Source: Hyaloraphidium curvatum SAG 235-1
Lineage: Eukaryota > Fungi > Monoblepharomycota
DNA length: 64,000 bases
Reading direction: 5' to 3'
Assembly: GCA_025558095.1 (NCBI GenBank)
Contig: JAIVFI010000001.1
Location: forward strand, 1,240,001-1,304,000
Shown: piece after piece, positions 20,246-30,784 of the stretch
How the letters are laid out: each line of letters begins with the position of its first letter
Position numbering within the stretch: the first letter of the stretch is position 1
Notes under the pieces: model-generated
What the model saw: the letters and a program-made list of their open reading frames with translations, nothing else
Databases searched by the model: none
What the model was told of the DNA's origin: nothing
Translations under genes and position numbers: made by a program

Positions 20246-22429
20246 ATGAGCGGGCCGGCGACGCCCGCGGACGGGAGCGGCGGCATCGCCATCCCCGGGC
20301 GGCGGCGCACGGGGCCGGAGCTGCGGCTGTCGCCGCCGCCGTCGCCGCCGGCCACGCCGGGGCCCGAGACGCCGCTGCCCGAGTCGGCGACGCCGCCCGA
20401 CGCGCCGGACAACCAAGCAAACAACGCGCCGTCGCGCTTCGGCAGCTTCGGCGGCGGGCTCGCGGTCGCGTCGATCGCGCTGCTCGCGACGTCGCCCGGC
20501 GGCACCTCGTCGGAGATCCCGTCGCCCACGCGCGGCCCCGCGTTCCTGCAGCCGGTCGCGACCCGCTCGCTGTCGACGCCGCTGAACGCGCCGGTCATTT
20601 CGCTCGGGCTGCCGGCCACGCCGGCGGTCCCCGACGGGCCGTCACATGCCGCCTCGTCGCCCGCGCTGCTGGCGCCCTCGGACGCCTACGCCGTGCAGCG
20701 ATCGGGCTCGTTTCCCGGAACAAGCGAGATCGCAACGACCACCACGATCGCGGTGACCCCGTCCGGCAAGCCGGCGGACCAGCTCCGCCGCGCCCGCTCG
20801 CTCTCCTCCCCAGCGCACCCCGCGGCGGCCATGCGGTCGCGGGAGGAGCCGATCGCGACGTGGAAGCTGCAGCCGGAGCGGCCCGTCACGGCCATGTGCG
20901 GCGGGCCGAAGCCCGGCCAGGTGTTTGCCGGCTCGAGGGAGACCGTGGTGCTGCTCGACGGCGACGACGGATCGGTGCTGCGCGAGCTGCGGATACCCCC
21001 CAGGCAGCTCGGCCGCGCCGACTCCGCGGATTCGCCCACGAGCCCGGGGCTGCCGTCCAGCCCGCGGTTGGACGCCGCCGGCTCGGGACACAGGCACTCG
21101 CTCGAGCTGACCGACAAGGACTTCATCGCCACCATATACTGGGTCGAGGATCCCGAGGGCCTGTACACCGGCCCCGCGGACCGGGCGGCGCGCCGCAACT
21201 CGTTCGCATCGGACCGCAGCGGCAACTCCCCTTTCGCCGGCGGGCGCGGGCGGCGTCCATCAGCGGCGGAGGTCGAGCCCATGATCCTCGACTCGGGCCC
21301 CGCCGTTCCCGCCCGCACCTCGATGGACCGCGCGTCGTTCGACATGGATTCGAACCCGACCTCGCCCGAAGCCAAACCCAAGGTCCGCTCGGGGATCGCG
21401 GCCCTGGTCGCCCGCCGCCGGAGCAGCCCGCACAGCGTGCGCTCCGTCGACACCTCCAACTCCTCCTCGGACCGCCCCCCATCGGAACGCCCCCCCGCGG
21501 AGCCCAGCTCGCCGAACCTCGTCCCGCGCTCCCAATCCCCCACGGGCGACCTCCCCCGCGGCTGGCTGGTGGCCCACTACACGCTCTACCGCGTGGTGCA
21601 GTGGGACCTCTCGTACCCCACCCGCCCGCGGAGGATTTACCCCTCGTGCGCCTGCATCCACCTCGCCCCGCGGAGCCACCTCCTCTGGGGCGCCTGCGAC
21701 GACCGCATCTTCCGGCAGTGGGACGTGCGCACGGGCCAGTGCGTGCGCGAGGTGGACGCGCACGGCGGGCAGCAGGTGCCAAAGTGCATCGCCGTGGGGA
21801 CCAAGCACCTCTTCGCGACGCTGGGGGACCACATCGAGCGGTGGAGCCTGGAGACGGGGCAGCGCGAGGTGTCCATCACCATCCGGCCGCCCGAGCCGCT
21901 CGAGGAGGACCCGCTGCGGCGCCGCCGGCCGAGGCAGAAGGTGCCGCCCGTGTTCACGGAGCATATCTGCCTCCCTCCGCCCGGCGACCCGCCGGGGGCG
22001 TGGGAAACGGACCTTTACGGCAAGTCGGCGCGGCACGGCGTGTTCGCGTGGGACTTTCGGAGCGACCCGCGCGGGGCCTACATGCGCTGGCCGGTCATGT
22101 TCCCCGACCCCGCCTCGGGCAACGACCGCGTGCACTGGCTGCACGTCCCGACCGTGCCCAAGGGCGCGCGGAGGCGGCTGTGGATCGCGGGGGAGCGGGC
22201 CGAGTCGGGGAGGGGGAGGGAGGTCTACGTCGAGGAGTACGATGCGCTGCGCCGGGAGAAGCTGAGGAGCTGGAGGCTGGCAGGGGTGCCGATGAGCATG
22301 TGCGTCGTGCTCGGCGAGGGCGGGAGGATGTTTGTCGGGAACGGCGACGGGGTGGTGAGCGTGTTTGACGTGGTCGAGGAGCCCGTCAAGGGCACGGGGG
22401 GGCGCGTTGTGCGGGATATCTACGGGTGA
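20246..22429 (+). CDS. WD40-like repeat protein with long Ser/Pro-rich disordered insertions
   Basis: Long ORF with WD-type blades: CDDRIFRQWDVRTGQCVREV, IERWSLETG, FVGNGDGVVSVFD. Confidence 0.7.
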   Translation: MSGPATPADGSGGIAIPGRRRTGPELRLSPPPSPPATPGPETPLPESATPPDAPDNQANNAPSRFGSFGGGLAVASIALLATSPGGTSSEIPSPTRGPAFLQPVATRSLSTPLNAPVISLGLPATPAVPDGPSHAASSPALLAPSDAYAVQRSGSFPGTSEIATTTTIAVTPSGKPADQLRRARSLSSPAHPAAAMRSREEPIATWKLQPERPVTAMCGGPKPGQVFAGSRETVVLLDGDDGSVLRELRIPPRQLGRADSADSPTSPGLPSSPRLDAAGSGHRHSLELTDKDFIATIYWVEDPEGLYTGPADRAARRNSFASDRSGNSPFAGGRGRRPSAAEVEPMILDSGPAVPARTSMDRASFDMDSNPTSPEAKPKVRSGIAALVARRRSSPHSVRSVDTSNSSSDRPPSERPPAEPSSPNLVPRSQSPTGDLPRGWLVAHYTLYRVVQWDLSYPTRPRRIYPSCACIHLAPRSHLLWGACDDRIFRQWDVRTGQCVREVDAHGGQQVPKCIAVGTKHLFATLGDHIERWSLETGQREVSITIRPPEPLEEDPLRRRRPRQKVPPVFTEHICLPPPGDPPGAWETDLYGKSARHGVFAWDFRSDPRGAYMRWPVMFPDPASGNDRVHWLHVPTVPKGARRRLWIAGERAESGRGREVYVEEYDALRREKLRSWRLAGVPMSMCVVLGEGGRMFVGNGDGVVSVFDVVEEPVKGTGGRVVRDIYG

Positions 22430-22586
22430 CTTGGTCATGGTGCGCACGAGAGACTGCTGCTGCGTCGTTGAAAAAGGCCGAGGGCCCTGTACAGAGAAAA
22501 AGGCGCGAGTCGCCAACGATACATTGAATGTGAATATCGTGACAGAATCAGAATGTGCTCGAGCTATCTACAGTGGTGCCTTCCGT

Positions 22587-24026
22587 TTAAAATTCCTCGG
22601 CAACCATCGGGTCTTCCTCGCGCTCGTTGTCCCGTGTCCGATCGTCGTTGGCGACTGCCACGCCGGTCGCTTCGCTCCAAGGCGGCGGAGCTGCGCTGAT
22701 GGGGCTCGAGAGCCCGCCGACGCCCTCCTCGACCAGCAGATCCAGCTCCCTGGACTCGCCGTAGCCCCAAAATCGGCCCCTATGCCGCTCATAGACGCCC
22801 CGCAGCTCCTTCGTGAACACACCGTGCCAGTGCGACACCTCCTCCTCGGTCGGATTTTCGATCCGCGGCAGGGGGATGGGCTTGCTCATCACCAGCACGA
22901 CGGGATGCGAGGTGTCCGGGAGCAGGTACGGGATCCCCCACCAGCCAACCCCGACAGTCGGCCTGACGCCCGTCCAGGCCTTGATCCGGTCCGCGAGCGG
23001 GCCCCACCATGCCGCCGAGGGCTGCGAATAGAGCTCCAGCTCGCCAAAAGAGAAGCACGCGACAAGCGCGGCGCCTGCCTGCAGGGCGAGGCGGACGAAA
23101 CCTCGGCGCCGGGATAGGAGGAGCTGCACGGGGCGCTGGTCGGGCGAGGATGGGCGCGAAGCAGGGACGCGCCGGGAAGTGGGAACGAAAGCCGATTCGG
23201 CAGCACCTCCTGGAACAACGACCAAGCATGTCTTGGGGGCGGTTGGGTCGGCAGAGGGTTGCAAAGCCGCGAGGATGGCCTCTCGGGTGACGGGCACTAC
23301 GCCGTTCGCCAGAAGGATCTCCCGAAACCCCGGGAAGAAAAAGTTGCTCTGCAGGGTCGCCAGCCGGGTGATGACCTTCCTAGCAGGCTCTTTTCCTGCG
23401 CGGTCCGAGTTCCCGACGCGTGCCAACTCCCCCGAGAGGTGCGCAACGGCGTGGGAAACGCTGAGCACGCCGTGTGGAAACATCGCGCAGAGAATCTGCC
23501 GGTTTCCGAGCTCCTCGTCGTCCCCCCACGCCACGTCCGATTCGGATTCCACGGAAAGCTGAAGGTACCGCAAGCAGGCCTTCCAATGAGGCGAGTGCGT
23601 GAGCCATGTCCACCAGGATCCGACCGGGTATCCGAACAGGGTAGGATTCCGGAAGAAGGGAAGGAAGCGAATCGCCAGCTGGTGGCTGACGAGAAAATAG
23701 ATCTAGGAGGAACAGGCTTCGTCAGTAGGACCGACGAGCAGGGGATTCCGAGTGAAGCACCTTCTGGTAGAAAGAGAGGAAGGAGCTCCGGAAAAACAGC
23801 CACGGAAACACGGTAAACGGAGCAAAGACATGCATCAAGGCCAGAACTGCGGCATATATCAGCATCCGATCGCCCTACGCAGGAGTTCGACCCAACAGAT
23901 CGAGAAGTTGTTCGCCGCCCGGTCAAACAACTTCCGGATGAGTGACGGGGCCGCCGGAGGCCGAGCATGCTTCTGCTTCTTATCCTCGGCTGCATCGGTG
24001 CTTTTTGGATCCGGTGGCTGCCCCAT
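22587..24026 (-). CDS. DGAT2/MOGAT-family (DAGAT) acyltransferase
   Basis: FPHG, PGFREILL, VVPGGAAES and RRGFVRLAL...FSFGE motifs; N-terminal exons with transmembrane segments. Confidence 0.85.
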
Positions 24027-24237
24027 CGGCCTGGGGGACAGACGTGTTTGCGTGTTGACGCCCTCCACGCGTCCGCGATCGCATTCAACCGCACGCGAGC
24101 GGGCCGCAGAAACCTCCTTTCGCCCTTCTGTTCCACTTGTTGGGACGTTTTTCGGGCGTTACTCCGCGGACCGCGCTGTCATCGAGCTCTGCGTCCCTCG
24201 AATCCAGTCCTTCCTGTCGGGTGGCCGTTCCTCCGCC

Positions 24238-24990
24238 ATGACCACGAGTCTCCCAGCGTACCTGCTGAATCGGCTGGATCCCAACTATGTTTTCATGGCG
24301 AATGCGGTGGCAGAGGGAATCTTCCCGTTTTTGAACCTGTTCCTGGGCTCAAAGGACGGTTCCCCCGTTCTCTTTCCCTACCTCGTGCCGAACCCGGATC
24401 CCGTGCGTACTTCGCCGAGTTGTAGTGGAAGCCAACTGATTTCTCTACCAGGGCTATCCGTCGACGTCCCAGGCGCTCCTCCTGTCGGACCTCTGGAGCA
24501 TGGGGATGGTGTGCTTTGCGGGCTACGTGAGCTACAACGCTTTCGACGCGCCCGACACCGAGAAGACCAAGTGGGCTGTCGCTTTTGGGGCCGCCATGTA
24601 CCACCTCTTCCTCGTGAGTCTCTCCGGGCTCTCAGCTCCGAACGTCCGCCGATTTTGGGGTCCTCCCTCTAGCTCGTCAAGGCCGTCGTCGGTCCGACCT
24701 GGGTCGGACCCTATCTCCCTTCCACCGGAATCGCCTATTCCGACTACTCCGAGGAGTACCTCCGCTGGGGTACCATCGTCATTCACGGCCTGCTGCTGGC
24801 CGGCTTTGCGTTCTGGCTCATCAGGACGAACGAGAGGCACTACCCGAGGAAGCGTGTCGTGGGCCTGACGCAGGAGGCGATCGAAGAGGAGGAGCGACGG
24901 AGGCAGGCGGAACAGGAGGCCGAGGCGACCATCACCACGCCCGGCGCGCAGGCCTTGGCCGCGAGCGAAACGCCTCGGAAGCGGAGGTAA
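24238..24990 (+). CDS. hypothetical multi-pass membrane protein
   Basis: Three exons joined by GTGCGT..CAG and GTGAGT..TAG introns give hydrophobic segments and a charged tail ending TPRKRR*. Confidence 0.6.
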
Positions 24991-25040
24991 CGAACTCGGA
25001 CTGCGGAAAAAGGAAGGCAGTGTAAGGCGTGATCTAATCT

Positions 25041-26431
25041 CTAAATCTTGGGCTTCGGAGCCGCGATAAACCTCTCGGCCTGCAAATCCCAACGCTCAAA
25101 CTCCCCGCTCGCCTCCTTTTCGGCGACCTCCTTTGCCACCTTGGCAAATGCCCTCCGCATGTCTTCGATAAGGTCCTTTGGGTCCTCGAGCCCGATGGAA
25201 ACGCGCACCAGCAGCGGCGACGTCTTGTCGTCGACCGCGTGCCTCCATTCGGCGAGCGACTCGCAACCGCCCAGCGACGTCGCGTTAGCAAACAGCTTAA
25301 ACCTCTGCACCGCCAGACGCGCGTGGTGCGGCGACTTGAAGTCCAGGGAAAAGCAGCCTGATCCCGTGGGGACCTCGAGGATCCGCGCCGCGGCATCGAA
25401 ACCCGGGTTCCCAGGCACGCTGGTGTGCCACACCCTGTGCACAATCCGCAGGCAGTCCTCCCCACGAGCATGGAGCCACTGCACGACCTCGTGCGCCGAC
25501 CTGCTCTGCTTCGTCACTCGGACCTCGAGCGTGCGGAGGCTGCGGAGGAGCAGCCAGGATTCCAGGGAGCCCATCACCCAGCCGTTGAGGGAGCGGTCGT
25601 CGAGCAGGCCAAACTTAAGGCGGGAGTGGGAGGTGCAGACCACCCCGCCAAGGAGGTCGGAGTGGCCGCCGAGGAACTTGGTGGACGAATGGAAGACGAC
25701 GTCGGCGCCGTGTTTGAGCGGGTACTGTGGGGCGATGTCAGCAAACAGAGCCGAAGAGAGTAGACGCGGCCTACCTGGAGCGGCGGAGGGGCAAACGTGG
25801 CGTCCACTGCAAGCAGCGTTGCAGGGTACGGCTTCGAGGCCCGCTTGGCGTTCCAAGCCGCGTAATCGTAGAACTCGTTGCGCGGATTCTGCGGGCTCTC
25901 GAGCAGGATCATGTCCCCATCGCGTGTGACGTAGGTGTTCCAGTCGAAATCTGGCCGTTCTTGCCGTGAGAACGGAGCGCAAGGAAAGCAGGTAAGCCTC
26001 CAACCTTCGAGGTAAAGGAACTCGACGCTGCGGTTCCGCGCGTACGTGTGCGCCGCCTTCTCGCACCCAAAGTAACCCTCCTTCGTTTTGATGATCCGCT
26101 TGGGCTGGAACTGCACGTACAGCGCGCTGATCGCGGTCAACCCCGAGGTGTACGTGACCGCGTGGGCCCCTTCCAGAGCGCCGAGCACGGCCTCGACGCG
26201 GTCCCGCACGGGGCTGGAGTAGCGCGAGTAGATGTGGGCACCGAGGCTGCCGCCCGCGTCGGAGAGCGCCGAGCGAAGGGGCCAGTCGTTGTGGCCTTCG
26301 CGGTGGCGGAACGTCGTGGTCAGCGAGAGGGGCGCCATGACCTCCGATTCCGAGGCCAGGCCCCGGGGGGGGTCATCGGCATGGATCGCGCGCGTCGCAA
26401 AGCCGAGCTTCGTCGCGTCGGATACGAGCAT
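25041..26431 (-). CDS. Cys/Met metabolism PLP-dependent enzyme (cystathionine gamma-synthase/lyase family)
   Basis: YSRYSSP, LESPQNP, VDATFAPP, the PLP-lysine motif HSSTKFLGGHSD, ATSLGGCESL and RVSIGLED; two introns. Confidence 0.92.
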
Positions 26432-26541
26432 CTTTGAATGGCCTTCCAAGCAGAGCAGCTCACGAGCCGGCTCTGTGGCTCGCCGAGCAACTCAGCGCGT
26501 AAGCACTACGGGACGAGGCGAATGTCGACGACGCGATTTGA

Positions 26542-26964
26542 TCGACGCGATCGCCGCCATGCAGCGTCAATGGAAAGCCATCAGAAGGCCTATCCTTCGC
26601 CCTCAACCCCGGGATAGGGCAGTTCAACCTGGACACGGGCGAAGAGTACTCGTCTCAGGTCCATGCAGCGGCGCACTCGTGGGAGCACCCTGAGATATCA
26701 GTCGTCTGCATCAACCATGCGGAGGAAAGTCCGGACAAACGGCCACGCGGCCTCCAACGTTGCGAAGGAACAAGGTGTGGGTAACGGCTTGTGCTCTTGC
26801 TATTGTGCCAGCATGCGAGCTCATCATTGCTTGCAGACTCCTGTGGCGCGCACGTGGCTCGGGACAAGAACTCGGCGAAGGATGTCATGGGCATCGGGCT
26901 CAGCAACGTGGTATTCGGCAAGCGGCCTACGGTCTTTACCTATGAATTCTGGCGAAAGCATTAA
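26542..26964 (+). mobile_element. decayed TnpB/Fanzor-like nuclease fragment, copy 1 (intron 26777-26836)
   Basis: The spliced frame reads ...FALNPGIGQFNLDTGEEYSSQVH...KRPRGLQRCEGTR/YSCGAHVARDKNSAKDVMGIGLSNVVFGKRPTVFTYEFWRKH*. Motif order matches RuvC-II Glu, Zn ribbon, RuvC-III RDxN and a GxRP tail. It has no start codon and is 5'-truncated. Confidence 0.6.
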
Positions 26965-27252
26965 AGGCAATCAAGGCGATCGACTTCGCGAGGATGAAGG
27001 CCCATCTGAGCCTACCATGCGAGGAAGCCGGCGGATGTTCTTTCCCCGGATTCGAGATAGACAGAAATGAAGAGTAGTAGTGATTTCCGTCATTCTAGCT
27101 AAGCAGAACAGACTGTCCGGATTGTGTCCAGAGGCTTTGTGGCCCCGCTTACGTGGCGCCGCCTACGTGGCGCTCGGCGCGACTACATAAGGGCAGCGGG
27201 TCCCGCTCATCACCAAACGTCTCCTGCCCCGTGCGCTCACCAGCATAGAGCC

Positions 27253-27900
27253 ATGAGGGCCCGCAAGAAGCGCAAGAAATCTTCTCCCGTCGCGCTCTCC
27301 CCGTTGAGGGCGCTGTCCTGGTGAGCGGAGCCGCGGGGCCGGGCCCGGACGCCCACCTGACCTGCCCGTTGCCTTCCTCCCTTACACGACCCTTCGCCCA
27401 ATTGCTCTGTCCCGGCAGCGCTGCACCGTCAAGCGCAGGAGCCGCATCCACGACGGCCATGCTCTCGGCTCACCGAGAGAGGTATGGATCTCGGAGGCGG
27501 CGCAACCCCTACAGCATGCTGATCTTCTCTTCTCGGCCTCCCGTGCGCTCAGCATTCATCTTCGCTTCTTTCTTTCTTTCGTTTTCCCGGGGGATACATC
27601 AAGACCGAGCCGAGACGCGCGTGGGGGCCGCGCGCCGGGGGTTGAAGACCGCCGAACGCTTTCGAGCTGGACTTCTCGTGCATCCTTTGCACCCCTCGGC
27701 GCAGCGCGCATCTGCCGCTTTGCAGCTCGATCAAGGTCACCGAGACAACATGCTCAGCATCCCGACCCCGTGGGCCTCCAACGTTGCCATGAAACAACGT
27801 GTGGGTGATGGCCAATGGCTCGCGCGAGCTCGCGAACTCATCGTCCCCTTGCAGACTGCTGTGGAGGTTCGTGGCTAGGGAAAGGAACTCGGTGACACGA
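27253..27900 (+). mobile_element. decayed TnpB/Fanzor-like fragment, copy 2 (intron 27801-27854)
   Basis: 27763-27895 is a diverged direct repeat of 26740-26880. It encodes RPRG/LQRCHETT/YCCGG/VARERNS with two frameshifts and the same-position intron. The upstream MRARKKRKK exon at 27253 may belong to it (uncertain). Confidence 0.45.
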
Positions 27901-28056
27901 TGGGGAACCGTTGAAAACAGTAGCCAGAAAACTGGTAGCGGCGTGGAGGTCGACGTACTGATCTCGGATTGAGGTCCCTGGGAGTACGGATCTCAAATGT
28001 AGCCGCGCCATCAGAAGCTCAAAGCATCCAGTTCATTTCTCTAGCATCAGTTTTAG

Positions 28057-29058
28057 CTACGCCGGCCGCACCACGGCCCAGCCGCCCTGCAGTGCAACGT
28101 GCTCCTTGACAGTCCCGTCCTTCCCCACCACCGCCTCCTCCTCGCACGCCATCGTGAAGCGGTACAGATCGTTCCCGCCCTCGCTTCCGGCCTTCCAGAT
28201 GCTCGTCACGCACGTGTTTTCCGGGTACACGGGCTTGCTGAAGCGGCAGGCGAACGAAACGAGGCGGGAGGGGTCGTTGCCGCAGCAGTGCCGCACCACG
28301 GCCTTGACGGCGAGCGAAAAGTTGAGCGTGCCTGCAACCAAACGGGATCGGCAGGGGATCGCGACACCGGGAAGGAGCAGCCACGAACCGTGCAGGATCA
28401 GACGCTTGTAACCAAACTTGACCGCCTCCGAATCGATAATGTGGATGACATTCTGGTCCGGGGGAGCGACCTGCCCGTAGAGGGTGTGGAGGTACTTGAA
28501 GGTCTTGAACCGATCGACGAAGGTCGGAGGTCCCGGAGGCGGCGGCCGGTCATAGATCGGGTGCTTCGGCCGCGGCTTCAGCGCGTGCGAGAAGGCCTGC
28601 AGGCGGACCGAGGATCCCTCCATTGTGGCATAGACGATCCCGGTCTCGGCGTCGATAATCCGCTGTTGAAACTCCATTACGGCGCCCTTGGAGCCCTGGA
28701 ACGCGCCGACGGTCTTTGCCTGGACGCGCAGGGTGCCCGACACGGGAAAGGGCCGGTGGAACGTGATGCTTTGTTCGTAATGGACGTCCTGGCCGCGAGA
28801 AATCCGTTCCGGGAGCCCGGGAACGCGCGCCTGGATGTCGTCCTTGAATTGGTCCATCACCGAGCTCTGTCCTGGCGCGGCCCAGAAGATGAAGGGCACG
28901 AACAAGGTCGGAACGATGCAAAAGTCCGGATGAAGCTCGTAAACGAACTTGAGCTCGTCCTCCTGCGCGCCGAGGCCGATCCCGGTGGCATAGATGAGGG
29001 CGTCGCGCCTGTTGTACGGCACGCGCGTTTCGCACGGCCATTCCGCGTCCGGTGCCAT
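28057..29058 (-). CDS. MaoC-like (R)-specific enoyl-CoA hydratase 2
   Basis: RDALIYATGIG, VHYEQSI, the hydratase-2 motif DQNVIH...ILHG and RFSKPVYP; one in-frame intron. Confidence 0.88.
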   Translation of the reverse strand: MAPDAEWPCETRVPYNRRDALIYATGIGLGAQEDELKFVYELHPDFCIVPTLFVPFIFWAAPGQSSVMDQFKDDIQARVPGLPERISRGQDVHYEQSITFHRPFPVSGTLRVQAKTVGAFQGSKGAVMEFQQRIIDAETGIVYATMEGSSVRLQAFSHALKPRPKHPIYDRPPPPGPPTFVDRFKTFKYLHTLYGQVAPPDQNVIHIIDSEAVKFGYKRLILHGSWLLLPGVAIPCRSRLVAGTLNFSLAVKAVVRHCCGNDPSRLVSFACRFSKPVYPENTCVTSIWKAGSEGGNDLYRFTMACEEEAVVGKDGTVKEHVALQGGWAVVRPA

Positions 29059-29211
29059 AACGATTGGGACTGAAGGTCCGCTTCTGGTCGCACTGTCCGC
29101 GTCCCAGCTGCCTGATGTGTGAAAACGGAGGGAGGTTGCGAGTGGGAGGCACTTGGCGTCCCTTTGTTTGCGTTTGCCTCAGTCATCGGCTCTCCCCAAC
29201 CGACATCCGAG

Positions 29212-30753
29212 ATGGCTGCGCCGGGGATCACCGTGCAGGGCAACGGCCCGATCATCGGCGGCAACGCGTCGATGGCGCAGATCGCCGCGCAGCTGCGCGC
29301 GGCCGGGCTGGGCGGCCGCGGGCCGGCGGCGCCGTCGGGCTTCCCGGGCCGCTGGGCCGACTTCAACACGCAGGGCTTCGCGGCCGCCTACGACGCCTCG
29401 GTGTTCCAGTACATGGCTGAGGTCGCGCAGCGCCAGGAGGCAAAGGGCCCCAACGGCGAGGACGCCGACGACGGCGACGCCGAGCCGGTCGACCCCAAGC
29501 CGCTGGCCGAGGCGCTGGGCCTGCTCGAGGCGCTGCTGACCCCGGAGGAGGCCGAGTCCCGCGAGCTCCTGAAGCCGTTCTTCCCCGAGGGCGCCAAGCT
29601 GCCCGAGAAGCCGCTCAAGAAGGAGCACCTCGTGCAGATCCTGGGCCCACTCTTCGACATGAACGTGCGCGCCTTCCGCATCCTCATCACGGACGTCGTC
29701 GGCGGCCCGTACGGCAGCTGGAACCGCGCCACGATCAAGGACATCCCGCCCGACGGCCCGCCGTTCCACCCCATCCTGTACCACCACATCAACCGCATGG
29801 ACCCGCGCAAGTTCGCCCCCGCCATGATCGCCACGATGCACCTCGCCATCTTTGCCCGCGTCCTCAAGTCAGCGCGCATCAAGATGTCGCTCGATTTCGA
29901 GATCCTCGACATCCTCTGCGTCATGGCCTCCAACTCGCCCGCCATCCTGCAGTGCGTGGCCTCGCTGCCCCCGGACAGCGACGCCATGAACCTCATGGCC
30001 AGCGCGCCGGAGGAGATGGTCGAATACGTGGCGCGGGACCTGTTCCACATCCTCAACCTCATGCAGCTCTTCCTGCTGCAGAACTTCACCCCCTACAAGA
30101 CGCACTTCACGCGGCAGCGCGACCAGGACCCTTTCCCTAAGAAGGATGGGGAGGGCGAGGGGGCCGACGCCGAAAAGAAAGAGGCCAAGGATGGGGAGGG
30201 AGACGAGAAGAAGGAAGCCGACGAAAGCAAGGCGGCGGAAGGCGACGCGGAGGAGAGGGAGGGCGACAAGAAGAAGCGGTCCATCGGCCACTTCGACTAC
30301 CTCCTCCACGAAGCCGAGCGGCTCGCCGCCGACATTAAGGCTCGCTCCGAGACCCTGGCGGCCGGGAGCCGCAGCCGGGTCGAAGGGGCGGTGCTGCAGT
30401 TCCGCCTGGCGATGCTCGACGACGAGTCCTGGGCCAAGCTCAAGAAGGACGCCGACGCGGAGGAGCGCAAGGGGTTCGCTTCCCTCGAGCTCGCGATGAA
30501 GAGGGGGCGCGGCGAGCGGGACCCGGCGCTGTGCGACGATTGCGGGCAGAACGCGCCCGAGGGGAAGCAGTGGAAGCACTGCGCGAGGTGCAAGTCGGTG
30601 TGGTACTGCTCGGTCGAGTGCCAGCGCATCGCCTGGGCGACCGAGCACAAGAAGGAGTGCGCGGAGCTGGCGAAAAAGAGCGGCGGACAGGAGGAGAGCG
30701 GGGAAAAAGGCGACGCTGCCGAAGAAGCCGAGGCACCCGTCGAGAGCGCTTGA
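29212..30753 (+). CDS. MYND-type zinc finger protein
   Basis: C-terminal CDDC...CARCKSVWYCSVECQRIAWATEHKKEC; strong GC3 codon bias. Confidence 0.88.
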   Translation: MAAPGITVQGNGPIIGGNASMAQIAAQLRAAGLGGRGPAAPSGFPGRWADFNTQGFAAAYDASVFQYMAEVAQRQEAKGPNGEDADDGDAEPVDPKPLAEALGLLEALLTPEEAESRELLKPFFPEGAKLPEKPLKKEHLVQILGPLFDMNVRAFRILITDVVGGPYGSWNRATIKDIPPDGPPFHPILYHHINRMDPRKFAPAMIATMHLAIFARVLKSARIKMSLDFEILDILCVMASNSPAILQCVASLPPDSDAMNLMASAPEEMVEYVARDLFHILNLMQLFLLQNFTPYKTHFTRQRDQDPFPKKDGEGEGADAEKKEAKDGEGDEKKEADESKAAEGDAEEREGDKKKRSIGHFDYLLHEAERLAADIKARSETLAAGSRSRVEGAVLQFRLAMLDDESWAKLKKDADAEERKGFASLELAMKRGRGERDPALCDDCGQNAPEGKQWKHCARCKSVWYCSVECQRIAWATEHKKECAELAKKSGGQEESGEKGDAAEEAEAPVESA

Positions 30754-30784
30754 GATTCCGAATGTAAATCGACAGGGACTACCA

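Noticed and set aside
23465-23485. FPHG instead of HPHG in the DGAT2-family protein
   Set aside because: The first position of this motif varies among DGAT2/MOGAT homologs, so this is not evidence of novelty.
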